Assembly: GCA_964016885.1 (NCBI GenBank)
Contig: OZ024741.1
Coordinates: 26,970,001-27,034,000, forward strand
Reading direction: 5' to 3'
DNA length: 64,000 nt
Origin: Eledone cirrhosa
Lineage: Eukaryota
Part shown: in pieces, positions 36,343 through 52,700 of the stretch
Layout of the letters: each line of letters opens with the position of its first letter
Position numbering within the stretch: position 1 is the stretch's first letter
The notes under the pieces: generated by a model
Told to the model about the DNA's origin: nothing
Seen by the model: only the letters and a program-made list of their open reading frames with translations
Databases searched by the model: none
Program-made: the position numbers and the translations under genes

Positions 36343-37712
36343 TCATCATCATCATCATCATCACCGTTTTACGTCCGTTCTTCCACGCTAGCATGGGTTA
36401 GACGGGTTGTCCTGTTGTGGGCAGTGTCTGGTCAGCTGACCATGCCTTGCTCATACAGGAACTGATTTGGCTTGATTTCTACAGCTGGATGCCCTTCCTA
36501 ACACCAACCTCATTTACAGTGAGTGCTGGGTGCTTTTTCGTGGCGCCTACACGTCCACTTTACAGTGTGGGCTGGGTGCTTTTTTGCTGTGGCACCTCCA
36601 CGACCACCTTGCGGTGGGGGGTGTGGGGGCATATTGTCTATATGCTTCAGCTTGTACCCATGGGAGGTCGGGTACTCTGTATTACTGCGTGACGCCAGAA
36701 GTCACGGTCGTGTGTCATTGTCTTTGAGAGGTGCAATTGGGTAAGGTCGGCTTTTATCACCTCATCCCAGGTCATCTTGGGTCTCCCCACTCCGCGGTTT
36801 CCATCAACTTCTAGTGCTCTGCACCTTTTTATGCAGCTGTCATCCTTCATGCGCATCACATGTCCATACCAGCACAACCGCCTCTCCTGCACACAGCATT
36901 TGATTCCTCTTATGCTCAGTCTCTCTCTCAATTCATTTATGCTTTGTCATTCACGTATATTACTGTTACCATCGGATCATGCAGGCTTCGTTTCTCTCTA
37001 ATCTACGTAAGTCTTCCACCTTCAGCGCCCAGGTCTCACTACCATGCAACATCGCTGTTCGGATACACGCATCATACAGTCTGCCTTTCATTCTGAGGGA
37101 GAAGCCTTTTGCAGCTAGCAGTGGTAGTAGTTCCCTAAACTTCTTCCATCCTGTTCTTACCCTAGTTATTGTACTTTCTGAATACCCACCTCCGCTGCTA
37201 ATTCGGTCACCTAGGTAGCAGAAGCTGTCTACTGTTTCTACAGGGCCCTCCCAGAGATTGGTGGTACTTGTTTCCTGTGGCTTGCTGTCTCAGCACAGCT
37301 GCTGCATGTGAATCCTACATTCTTAATTAAGCTTCCTGAGATCCCGCTACATCTCTTGTGTACCCATTGTTTGCATTTGGGGCAGAGAATGGAGTTCCTA
37401 CCTACACCTTTCCTACATACTGAGCAAGGCCATTTCCCTGAGGGGATCTGGGTTCTGTTTTCTCGTCTACTTACAAGGACCTTAGTCTTTGTCATGTTGA
37501 CTTTGAGACCCTTTCTTTCTAGTCCCTGCTTCCAAGTTTGGAATTTATTCTCTAGTTCTACCATAGATTCAGCTATGAGTGCGAGGTCATCAGCATACAG
37601 GAGTTCCCATGGGCATCCGGTCTTAAACTCCTCCGTTATTGCCTGCAGGACTATGATGAACAGGAGAGGGCTAAGAACAGAGCCCTGGTGAACCCCAACC
37701 TGTACGCTAAAT
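36343..37712 (-). mobile_element. 5'-truncated RTE LINE (subfamily A)
   Basis: Highly similar to 4065-5440; includes YADD, the PHD-like finger and the (GAT)n tail. Confidence 0.93.
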
Positions 37713-37932
37713 GTATGTATGTATTTATATGTATGTATATATTTATATATATGTATGTATTTATATATATCTATATATGTATGTATTTTTATATATTTAT
37801 ATATGTATGTATTTATATATATTTATATATGTATATATTTATATATTTATATATATATATGTATTTATATATATATATCATCATCATCATCGTTTAACGT
37901 CTATCTTCCATGCTATGTATATATGTATATAT

Positions 37933-38277
37933 ATCATCATCATCATCATCATTTCATTTTACGTCCGTTTTTCCCTGCTTGCAAGGGTGGGACGGGAACT
38001 GATTCTGGCTTGATTTCTACAGCTGGATGCCCTTCCTAACACCAACCTCATTTACAGTGAGTGCTGGGTGCTTTTTTGCCGTGGCACCTCCAAGACCACT
38101 TTGCAGTGGAATGATAGAGACCCCAGTCCCTATCATCTCATTTCTACAGCTGAGTAAACTGGAGCAATGTGAAATAAAGTCTCTTGCTCAAGGAAACAAC
38201 ACATCACCCGGTCTGAGAATTGAACTCACAACCTTTCGATTGCAAGGCCAATGCTCTAACCACTAAGCCATGTGCCT
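37933..38277 (-). mobile_element. tRNA/CORE-like SINE with LINE tail
   Basis: Reverse complement of the 6302-6783 family, with a single 48-bp unit. Confidence 0.85.
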
Positions 38278-38283
38278 CCATAA

Positions 38284-38402
<119 letters not shown>

Positions 38403-38710
38403 AATATTCAAACCAAGCTGTTACAAGTGATAAATTTATACTATTATTGTTGTTTAGTAATAAAATAACTGAATTTACATAATTTTAAATGACTGCCCTA
38501 ACTAATTAAAAGAGACATCTGTTCTAAATGTTGTTGTTGTAGTTGTTGTTAATGGGGAAGATGATGATTGAGTAATATTTGTATGTGACACAACCTCTCT
38601 CAACATTTACCACTTATGATCATAGGTATACTTATTAGATGACCATACCATTATCACCAACCTCTTACCAAGCTGTCATTCATTACCATGATATCTAGAC
38701 AACCATCACC

Positions 38711-38869
38711 TACTCCCGAGTCCCAAATAATAGGGGGGAGGTGAAATAAGCAGGGTGAGGGAGTTGGAGAATCGGTAATTTTTTAGGTTGTCTCCGTTAA
38801 TTTTTTTAAAAATCAGAATTAGTCGTTTAGTTTACATATTGTGACCCCATTATTTGAGACCTGAGAGTA
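38711..38869. mobile_element. Tc1/pogo-like MITE
   Basis: TA-ctcccgagtcccaaataat...attatttgagacctgagag-TA. Confidence 0.6.
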
Positions 38870-38959
38870 CCTTTACTCTATTGAGCCAACAAAGTAGTTT
38901 CTATTGCAGTTACTACACATGCTAGAAATGGCAACCCAAACACCCTCATATCACACACT

Positions 38960-39270
38960 TAAAAAAAAGGAAGGACAACAGGTTGGTTCCAGTTGCTGAC
39001 CTGGTCTTCTTCATCTTCACCCACTTATTCTTAAAGGGGTCGCGGAGGCCGAGTCCTCTAACACTCCTTCCAGAGGGCCCTGTCAGAAGCAACTGATCCA
39101 ACTGGAACCCCAAGTGAGACCAGCCAAGCTCATGAATGTTATCCAACCATCTTGCTCAGGGTCTACCCCTGGGTCTCCTGTCGGTTGGTTTTGCCTGTAA
39201 AATCTGTCCAGCAATTCTTTCCTGAGATATTCTAACCACATACCCATGGTATCAGAGCTGTGACCTGGTC
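38960..39270 (-). mobile_element. 3' fragment of the second LINE family
   Basis: Minus strand reads RSQL*YHGYVVRISQERIAGQILQAKPTDRRPRGRP*ARWLDNIHELGWSHLG; similar to 2660-2862. Confidence 0.7.
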
Positions 39271-39729
39271 CTTAACAAAAACAATAAGCACTACATTATC
39301 TACCAACCATCTCCCCTCACTTCATCTCATACTCTACTCTATCTTAACTTTAATGTTAACAAAACTAGACAAAGCTTTACCAGCAACAATGATAATAAAT
39401 AGATATACAATCATGATATATTGACTGATGTCTAAATCACATGTCCACCACCAACAACAGATATTATATATATTGAATATATCCAATATAATTAAATGAT
39501 TTTAAATGAGATTATCTTCTTTATTTAGAAAACAGAAAAATATATGTGTAACCATTATTCATCATCGAGCGAGACACGGTCACCTGACCCAAATGGGTTT
39601 GTCCCTCAAATGGGACAAACCGATGTAACACATGTTAGCGTGGAAATTAGACGTCCAACAATAATGATGATCATGATCATGATTTTTATGTTCAGGAGGA
39701 CACTTCAGTCATGTCAAGTACATGATAAC

Positions 39730-39993
39730 CTCCCTAGTGTTAGTGATAGGAAGGGCATCCAGTCATAGAAAACCTGCCAAACAAAGGGTTGGGAGGACCA
39801 TCAGTTTTGTCAAAGACATGACAACCTCTCCTGAGCACTCGGTGGAATATGAGACCATACAGCCAGAGACACCAAGCCAAAATCAGTTCTGTGTGAGCAA
39901 AACATTGTCCTCCGACCTGGCTTGTCTCACAACAGGACAGCTCGTCTAACCCATGCTATTGTGGAAAATGGACGTTAAACAATGATGATGATG
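39730..39993 (+). mobile_element. SINE/LINE 3' tail fragment
   Basis: aggaagggcatccag...cgtctaacccatgct...ggacgttaaacaatgatgatg. Confidence 0.7.
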
Positions 39994-40152
39994 TTATTTT
40001 GTTGGGTGGTGTAAACTTTATACAAGATGGCTGTGAAAACATCTCAATAAATTGTGTTAATTAATTTCAGTTGTACTTTAGGCAAATGACATGATTTTAA
40101 ACCATGTGTTGAAATTAAAGTAATTATATCAGAGGAGAGCCATTTTAGTTAT

Positions 40153-40390
40153 TTCACTCTTTTGTTACCAACTATTTTTAATTAATTTAGAAAATAATCA
40201 AGAATTTAGAGTGATTTAATAATATAACTAAGTTTCTCATCTTTGAGCTGGTATTTACGGATTATATAACAAAGATTCTCACTAAAAATTATTGTGGAAG
40301 ATGTTTAGATAGAACACTTTCTACCAGAAACGCTTAACACAGTTCTATATCATAGATAGGTTTCGGTCAGTTTGGCAACAGAAGGTTTAA
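40153..40390. mobile_element. Possible decayed piggyBac-like MITE
   Basis: Imperfect ends ttcactcttttgttacca / tggcaacagaaggtttaa. Confidence 0.35.
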
Positions 40391-40527
40391 AAATCACAGA
40401 AAAAAAGTGTTAAATTTAGTTTATATTTATCATTTGTTTCTTGATGCCAAAATGTTCAATCACTTTTTCTCAAGCTGCTAAGTTACAGGACATAAATACA
40501 GATACAACCAGCTGGGAGCGCGCGCGT

Positions 40528-40584
<57 letters not shown>

Positions 40585-40755
40585 CAGTATCACTAATAGA
40601 GACATATATGGTAGCCTATACACTGTATATGTCTAATAGACGTAGATATTGGAGAGAGAGAAAGAAAAATGAGGGAATAATACTGTTATCAATATTGCTG
40701 TCTTCTCTTTAGACCTTTATATAAAGTCACCATTGCTAGTCCACACCTCATGGTC

Positions 40756-43700
40756 CACATACATACTGACACAGGAACACTCACAGACACATACATACTG
40801 ACACAGGAACACATACATACTGACAGAGGAACACTCACAGGCACATACATACTGACACAGGAACACTCACAGACACATACATACTGACACAGGAACACTC
40901 ACAGACACATACATACTGACACAGGAACACTCACAGGCACATACATACTGACACAGGAACACTCACAGACACATACATACTGACACAGGAACACATACAG
41001 ACACATACATACTGACACAAGAACACTCACAGACACATACATACTGACACAGGAACACTCACAGGCACATACATACTGATACAGGAACACTCACAGGCAC
41101 ATACATACTGACACAGGAACACTCACAGGCACATACATACTGACACAGGAACACATACAGACACATACATACTGACACAGGAACACTCACAGACACATAC
41201 ATACTGACACAGGAACACTCACAGACACATACATACTGACACAGGAACACTCACAGACACATACATACTGACACAGGAACACTCACAGGCACATACATAC
41301 TGACACAGGAACACATACAGACACATACATACTGACACAGGAACACTCACAGACACATACATACTGACACAGGAACACTCACAGACACATACATACTGAC
41401 ACAGGAACACTCACAGACACATACATACTGACACAGGAACACTCACAGACACATACATACTGACACAGGAACACTCACAGGCACATACATACTGACACAG
41501 GAACACATACAGACACATACATACTGACACAGGAACACTCACAGACACATACATACTGACACAGGAACACTCACAGACACATACATACTGACACAGGAAC
41601 ACATACAGACACATACATACTGACACAGGAACATTCACAGACACATACATACTGACACAGGAACACTCACAGACACATACATACTGACACAGGAACATTC
41701 ACAGACACATACATACTGACACGGGAACACTCACAGACACATACATACTGACACAGGAACACTCACAGACACATACATACTGACACAGGAACACATACAG
41801 CCACATACATACTGACACAGGAACATTCACAGACACATACATACTGACACAGGAACACTCACAGACACATACATACTGACACAGGAACATTCACAGACAC
41901 ATACATACTGACACGGGAACACTCACAGACACATACATACTGACACAGGAACACTCACAGACACATACATACTGACACAGGAACACATACAGCCACATAC
42001 ATACTGACACAGGAACATTCACAGACACATACATACTGACACAGGAACACTCACAGACACATACATACTGACACAGGAACACATACAGACACATACATAC
42101 TGACACAGGAACACTCACAGACACATACATACTGACACAGGAACACTCACAGACACATACATACTGACACAGGAACACTCACAGACACATACATACTGAC
42201 ACAGGAACACTCACAGACACATACATACTGACACAGGAACACATACAGACACATACATACTGACACAGGAACACTCACAGGCACATACATACTGACACAG
42301 GAACACTCACAGACACATACATACTGACACAGGAACACTCACAGACACATACATACTGACACAGGAACACATACAGACACATACATACTGACACAGGAAC
42401 ACTCACAGACACATACATACTGACACAGGAACACTCACAGACATATACATACTGACACAGGAACACATACAGACACATACATACTGACACAGGAACACTC
42501 ACAGACACATACATACTGACACAGGAACACTCACAGACACATACATACTGACACAGGAACACTCACAGACACATACATACTGACACAGGAACACTCACAG
42601 ACACATACATACTGACACAGGAACACTTACAGACACATACATACTGACACAGGAACACATACATACTGACACAGGAACACTCACAGACACATACATACTG
42701 ACACAGGAACACTCACAGACACATACATACTGACACAGGAACACTCACAGACACATACATACTGACACAGGAACACTCACAGACACATACATACTGACAC
42801 AGGAACACATACATACTGACACAGGAACACTCACAGACACATACATACTGACACAGGAACACTCACAGACACATACATACTGACACAGGAACACTCACAG
42901 ACACATACATACTGACACAGGAACACTCACAGACACATACATACTGACACAGGAACACATACATACTGACACAGGAACACTCACAGACACATACATACTG
43001 ACACAGGAACACTCACAGACACATACATACTGACACAGGAACACTCACAGACACATACATACTGACACAGGAACACTCACAGACACATACATACTGACAC
43101 AGGAACACTCACAGACACATACATACTGACACAGGAACACTCACAGACACATACATACTGACACAGGAACACATACATACTGACACAGGAACACTCACAG
43201 ACACATACATACTGACACAGGAACACTCACAGACACATACATACTGACACAGGAACACTCACAGACACATACATACTGACACAGGAACACATACAGACAC
43301 ATACATACTGACACAGGAACACATACAGACACATACATACTGACACAGGAACACTCACAGACACATACATACTGACACAGGAACACTCACAGACACATAC
43401 ATACTGACACAGGAACACTCACAGACACATACATACTGACACAGGAACACATACAGACACATACATACTGACACATGAACACATACTTACTGACACAGGA
43501 ACACTCACAGACACATACATACTGACACAGGAACACTCACAGACACATACATACTGACACAGGAACACTCACAGACACATACATACTGACACAGGAACAC
43601 ATACAGCCACATACATACTGACACAGGAACACTCACAGACACATACATACTGACACAGGAACACTCACAGACACATACATACTGACACAGGAACACATAC

Positions 43701-46700
43701 AGACATTTACATACTGACACAGGAACACTCACAGGCACATACATACTGACACAGGAACACATACATACTGACACAGGAACACTCACAGACACATACATAC
43801 TGACACAGGAACACATACAGACACATACATACTGACACAGGAACACATACATACTGACACAGGAACACTCACAGACACATACATACTGACACAGACACAT
43901 ACATACTGACACAGGAACACTCACAGACACATACATACTGACACAGGAACACTCACAGACACATACATACTGACACAGGAACACTCACAGACACATACAT
44001 ACTGACACAGGAACACTCACAGACACATACATACTGACACAGGAACACATACAGACACATACATACTGACACAGGAACACTCACAGACACATACATACTG
44101 ACACAGGAACACTCACAGACACATACATACTGACACAGGAACACTCAAAGACACATACATACTGACACAGGAACACTCACAGACACATACATACTGACAC
44201 AGGAACACATACAGACACATACATACTGACACAGGAACACTCACAGACACATACATACTGACACAGGAACACTCAGAGACACATACATACTGACACAGGA
44301 ACACTCACAGACACATACATACTGACACAGGAACACTCACAGACACATACATACTGACACAGGAACACTCACAGACACATACATACTGACACAGGAACAC
44401 TCACAGACACATACATACTAACACAGGAACACTCACAGACACATACATACTGACACAGGAACACTCACAGACACATACATACTGACACAGGAACACTCAC
44501 AGGCACATACATACTGACACAGGAACACTCACAGACACATACATACTGACACAGGAACGCTCACAGACACATACATACTGACACAGGAACACATACAGAC
44601 ACATACATACTGACACAGGAACACTCACAGACACATACATACTGACACAGGAACACATACAGACACATACATACTGACACAGGAACACTCACAGACACAT
44701 ACATACTGACAGAGGAACACTCACAGACACATACATACTGACACAGGAACACATACAGACACATACATACTGACACAGGAACACTCACAGACACATACAT
44801 ACTGACACAGGAACACTCACAGTCACATACATACTGACACAGGAACACTCACAGACACATACATACTGACACAGGAACACTCACAGACACATACATACTG
44901 ACACAGGAACACATACAGACACATACATACTGACACAGGAACACATACATACTGACACAGGAACACTCACAGACACATACATACTGACACAGGAACACAT
45001 ACATACTGACACAGGAACACTCACAGACACATACATACTGACACAGGAACACTCACAGACACATACATACTGACACAGGAACACATACAGACACATACAT
45101 ACTGACACAGGAACACATACATACTGACACAGGAACACTCACAGACACATACATACTGACACAGGAACACATACAGCCACATACATACTGACACAGGAAC
45201 ACTCACAGACACATACATACTGACACAGGAACACTCACAGACACATACATACTGACACAGGAACACATACAGACACATACATACTGACACAGGAACACAT
45301 ACATACTGACACATACATACTGACACGGGAACACTCACAGACACATACATACTGACACAGGAACACTCACAGACACATACATACTGATACAGGAACACTC
45401 ACAGACACATACATACTGACACAGGAACACATACAGCCACATACATACTGACACAGGAACACATACATACTGACACATACATACTGACACGGGAACACTC
45501 ACAGACACATACATACTGACACAGGAACACTCACAGACACATACATACTGACACAGGAACACTCACAGACACATACATACTGACACAGGAACACTCACAG
45601 ACACATACATACTGACACGGGAACACTCACAGACACATACATACTGACACAGGAACACTCACAGACACATACATACTGACACAGGAACACTACAGACACA
45701 TACATACTGACACAGGAACACTCACAGACACATACATACTGACACAGGAACACTCACAGACACATACATACTGACACAGGAACACATACAGCACATACAT
45801 ACTGACACAGGAACACTCACAGACACATACATACTGACACAGGAACACTCACAGACACATACATACTGACACAGGAACACAACAGACACATACATACTGA
45901 CACAGGAACACTCACAGACACATACATACTGACACAGGAACACTACAGACACAATACATACTGACACAGGAACACTCACAGACACATACATACTGACACA
46001 GGAACACTCACAGACACATACATACTGACACAGGAACACTACAGACACATACATACTGACACAGGAACACATCATACAGACACATACATACTGACACGGA
46101 ACTCAAGACACATACAACTGACACAGGAACACATACATACTGACACAGGAACACTCACAGACACATACATACTGACACAGGAACACTCACAGACACATAC
46201 ATACTGACACAGGAACACATACAGACACATACAATACTGACACAGGAAACACATACATACTGACACAGGAACACTCACAGACACATACATACTGACACAG
46301 GAACACATACAACTGACACAGGAACACTCACAGACACATACATACTGACACAGGAACACTCACAGACACATACATACTGACACAGGAACCACATACATAC
46401 TGACACAGGAACACTCACAGACACATACATACTGACACAGGAACACTCACAGACACATACATACTGACACAGGAACACATACATACTGACACAGGAACAC
46501 TCACAGACACATACATACTGACACAGGAACACTCACAGACACATACATACTGACACAGAACACTACATACAGACACAGGAACACTCACAGACACATACAT
46601 ACTGACACGGAACACTCACAGACACATACATACTGACACAGGAACACTCACAGACACATACATACTGACACAGGAACACCACAGACAACATACTGACACA

Positions 46701-49700
46701 GGAACACTCACAGACACATACATACTGACACAGGAACACTCACAGACACATACATACTGACACAGGAACACTCACAGACACATACATACTGACACAGGAA
46801 CACATCACAGACACATACATACTGACACAGGAACACTCACAGACACATACATACTGACACAGGAACACTCACAGACACATACATACTGACACAGGAACAC
46901 TCACAGACACATACATACTGACACAGGGAACACTCACAGACACATACATACTGACACAGGAACACTCACAGACATACATACTGACACAGGAACACTCACA
47001 GACACATACATACTGACACAGGAACACTACAGACACATACATACTGACACAGGAACACATACATACTGACACAGGAACACTCACAGACACATACATACTG
47101 ACACAGGAACACATACAGACACATACATACTGACACAGGAACACTCACAGACACATACATACTGACACAGAACACTCACAGACACATACATACTGACACA
47201 GGAACACTCACAGACACATACATACTGACACAGGAACACATACAGAACATACATACTGACACAGACACTCACAGACACATACATACTGACACAGGAACAC
47301 TCACAGACACATACATACTGACACAGGAACACTCACAGACACATACATACTGACACAGGAACACACAGCACATACATACTGACACAGGAACACATACTAC
47401 AGACACATACATACTGACACAGGAACACTCACAGACACATACATACTGACACAGGAACACTCACAGACACATACATACTGACACAGGAACACATCACAGA
47501 CACATACATACTGACACAGGAACACTCACAGACACATACATACTGACACAGGAACACTCACAGACACATACATACTGACACAGGAACACTACAGACACAT
47601 ACATACTGACACAGGAACACACAGACACATACAACTGACACAGGAACACTCACAGACACATACATACTGACACAGGAACACTCACAGACACATACATACT
47701 GACACAGGAACACATACAGACACATACATACTGACACAGGAACACATCACAGACACATACATACTGACACAGGAACACTCACAGACACATACATACTGAC
47801 ACAGGAACACATCACAGACACATACATACTGACACAGGAACACATCACAGACACATACATACTGACACAGGAACACTCACAGACACATACATACTGACAC
47901 AGGAACACTCACAGACACATACATACTGACACAGGAACACTCACAGACACATACATACTGACACAGGAACACATACAGCCACATACATACTGACACAGGA
48001 ACACTACAAGACACATACATACTGACACGGAACACTCACAGACACATACATACAGACACAGGAAACAGCATACATACTGACACAGGAACACTCACAGACA
48101 CATACATACTGACACAGGAACACTCACAGACACATACATACTGACACAGGAACACATACAGACACATACATACTGACACAGACACAAATACTGACACAGG
48201 AACACTCACAGACACATACATACTGACACAGAACACAGAACATACTGACACAGGAACACTCACAGACACATACATACTGACACAGGAACACTCACAGACA
48301 CATACATACTGACACAGGAACACCATAACATACTGACACAGGAACACTCACAGACACATACATACTGACACAGGAACACTCACAGACACATACATACTGA
48401 CACAGAACATACACTGACACAGACACTCACAGACACATACATACTGACACTGAACACTCACAGACACATACATACTGACACAGACACATACATACTGACA
48501 CAGGAACACTCACAGACACATACATACTGACACAGAACACTCACAGACACATACATACTGACACAGGAACACTACACCATACATACTGACACAGAACACA
48601 TACATACTGACACAGGAACACTCACAGACACATACATACTGACACAGGAACACTCACAGACACATACATACTGACACAGGAACACTCACAGACACATACA
48701 TACTGACACAGGAACACACAGACACATACATACTGACACGGAACACTCACAGACACATACATACTGACACAGGAACACTCACAGACACATACATACTGAC
48801 ACAGGAACACTTCACAGACACATACATACTGACACAGGAACACTCACAACACATAGACCAGACACTACATACTGACACAGGAACACTCACAGACACATAC
48901 ATACTGACACAGGAACACTCACAGACACATACATACTGACACAGGAACACATACAGACAACATACATACTGACACAGGAACACTCACAGACACATACATA
49001 CTGACACAGGAACACTCACAGACACATACATACTGACACAGGAACACATCACAGACACATACATACTGACACAGGAACACTACAGACAATACATACTGAC
49101 ACAGGAACACATACATACTGAACATAACATACTGACACAGGAACACTCACAGACACATACATACTGACACAGGAACAACTCACAGACACATACATACTGA
49201 CACAGGAACACTCACAGACACATACATACTGACACAGGAACACTCACAGACACATACATACTGACCAGGAACACTCACAGACACATACATACTGACACAG
49301 GAACACTCACAGACACATACATACTGACACAGGAACACATACAGACACATACATACTGACACAGGAACACTCACAGACACATACATACTGACACGGACCT
49401 CACAGACACATACATACTGACACAGGAACACTCACAAGACACATACATACTGACACAGGAACACTCACAGACACATACATACTGACACAGGAACACATAC
49501 AGACACATACATACTGACACAGGAACACCACATACACTACATACTGACACAGGAACACTCACAGACACATACATACTGACACAGGAACACTCACAGACAC
49601 ATACATACTGACACAGGAACACTCACAGACACATACATACTGACACAGGAACACATACAGCCATACATACTGACACAGGAACACTCACAGACACATACAT

Positions 49701-52700
49701 ACTGACACAGGAACACTCACAGACACATACATACTGACACAGGAACACATACATACTGACACAGGAACACTCACAGACACATACATACTGACACAGGAAC
49801 ACTCACAGACACATACATACTGACACAGGACACATACTGCACATACATACTGACACAGGAACACTACAGACACATACATACTGACACAGGAACACTCACA
49901 GACAACATACATACTGACACAGAACACATACATACTGACACAGGAACACTCAGACACTACATACTGACACGGAACATCACAGACACATACATACTGACAC
50001 AGGAACACCACACATACATACTGACACAGGAACACTCACGAGACACATACATACTGACAAGGAGCACTCACAGACACATACATACAGACACAGGAACACA
50101 TACATACTGACACAGGAACACTCACAGACACATACATACTGACACAGGAACACTCAGCAGACACATACATACTGACACAGGAACATACTAATGACAGGAC
50201 ACACACTACTGACACAGGAACTCACAGACACATACATACTGACACAGGAACACTCACAGTACATACATACTGACACAGGAACACTCACAGACACATACAT
50301 ACTGACACAGGAACACATACAGACACATACATACTGACACAGGAACACTCACAGGACACATACATACTGACACAGGAACACTCACAGACACATACATACT
50401 GACACAGGAACACATAACAGACACATACATACTGACACAGGAACACTCACAGACACATACATACTGACACAGAACACATACTACTGACACAGAACACTCA
50501 CAGACACATACATACTGACACAGGAACACTCACAGACACATACATACTGACACAGGAACACATCACAGACACATACTATACTGACACAGGAACACTCACA
50601 GACACATACATACTGACACAGGAACACTCACAGACACATACATACTGACACAGAACACTCACAGACACATACATACTTGACACAGGACACATACTCACAG
50701 GACTCAACACATACATACTGACACAGGAACACATACAGCCACATACATACTGGACACAGGAACACTCACAGACACATACATACTGACACAGGAACACTCA
50801 CAGACACATACATACTGACACAGGAACACTACATACTAGACACAGGACACTCACAGACACATACATACTGACACAGGAACACATACAGACACATACATAC
50901 TGACACAGGAAACTCACAGACACATACATACTGACACAGGAACACTCACAGACACATACATACTGACACAGGAACACATACAGACAATACATACTGACAC
51001 AGGAAACACATACATACTGACACAGGAACACTCACAGACACATACATACTGACACGGAACACTCACAGACACATAACATACTGACACAGGAACACTCACA
51101 ACACATACATACTGACACAGGAACACTCACATACTGACACATACATACTGACACAGGAACACTCACAGACACATACATACTGACACAGGAACACTCACAG
51201 ACACATACATACTGACAGCAGGAACACATACAGACACATACATACTGACACAGGAACACTCACAGACACATACATACTGACACAGGAACACTCCAGACAC
51301 ATACATACTGACACAGGACACAGAACATACATACTGACACATACATACTGACACAGGAACACTCACAGACACATACATACTGACACAGGACACTCACAGA
51401 CACATACATACTGACACAGGAACACTCACAGACACATACATACTGACACAGAACACATACATACTGACACAGGAACACTCACAGACACTACATACTGACA
51501 CAGGAACACACAGACACATACATACTGACACAGGAACACATACAGACACATACATACTGACACAGAACATACACTGACACATACAATGACACGGAACACT
51601 ACAGACACATACATACTGACACAGGAACACTCACAGACACATACATACTGACACGGAACACTCACAGACACATACATACTGACACAGGAACACTCACAGA
51701 CACATACTACTGACACGGGAACACTCACAGACACATACATACTGACACAGGAACACATACATGACACATACATACTGACACAGGAACACTCACAGACACA
51801 TACATACTGACACAGGAACACTCACAGACACATACATACTGACACAGGAACACATACAGACACATACATACTGACACAGGAACACTCACAGACATACATA
51901 CTGACACAGGAACACTACAGACACTACTCTGACACATACATACTGACACAGGAACACTCACAGACACATACATACTGACACAGGAACACATACATACTGA
52001 CACATACATACTGACACGGGAACACTCACAGACACATACATACTGACACAGGAACACTCACAGACACATACATACTGACCATACATACTGACACAGGAAC
52101 ACTCACAGACACATACATACTGACACAGAACACATACAGACACATACATACTGACACAGGAACACTCACAGACACATACATACTGACACAGGAACACTCA
52201 CAGACACATACATACTGACACAGGAACACATCAGACACATACATACTGACACAGGAACCTAAGACACATACATACTGACACATACATACTGACACGGGAA
52301 CACTCACAGACACATACATACTGACACAGGAACACTCACAGACACATACATACTGACACAGGAACACTCACAGACACATACATACTGACACAGGAACACT
52401 CACAGACACATACATACTGACACAGGAACACTCACAGACACATACATACTGACACAGGAACACATACAGCCACATACATACTGACACAGGAACACTCACA
52501 GACACATACATACTGACACAGGAACACTCACAGACACATACATACTGACACAGGAACACTTACAGACACATACATACTGACACAGGAACACATCATACTG
52601 ACACATACAACTGACACTCACAGACACATACATACTGACACAGAACACTCACAGACACATACATACTGACACAGGAAACACTCACAGACACATACATACT

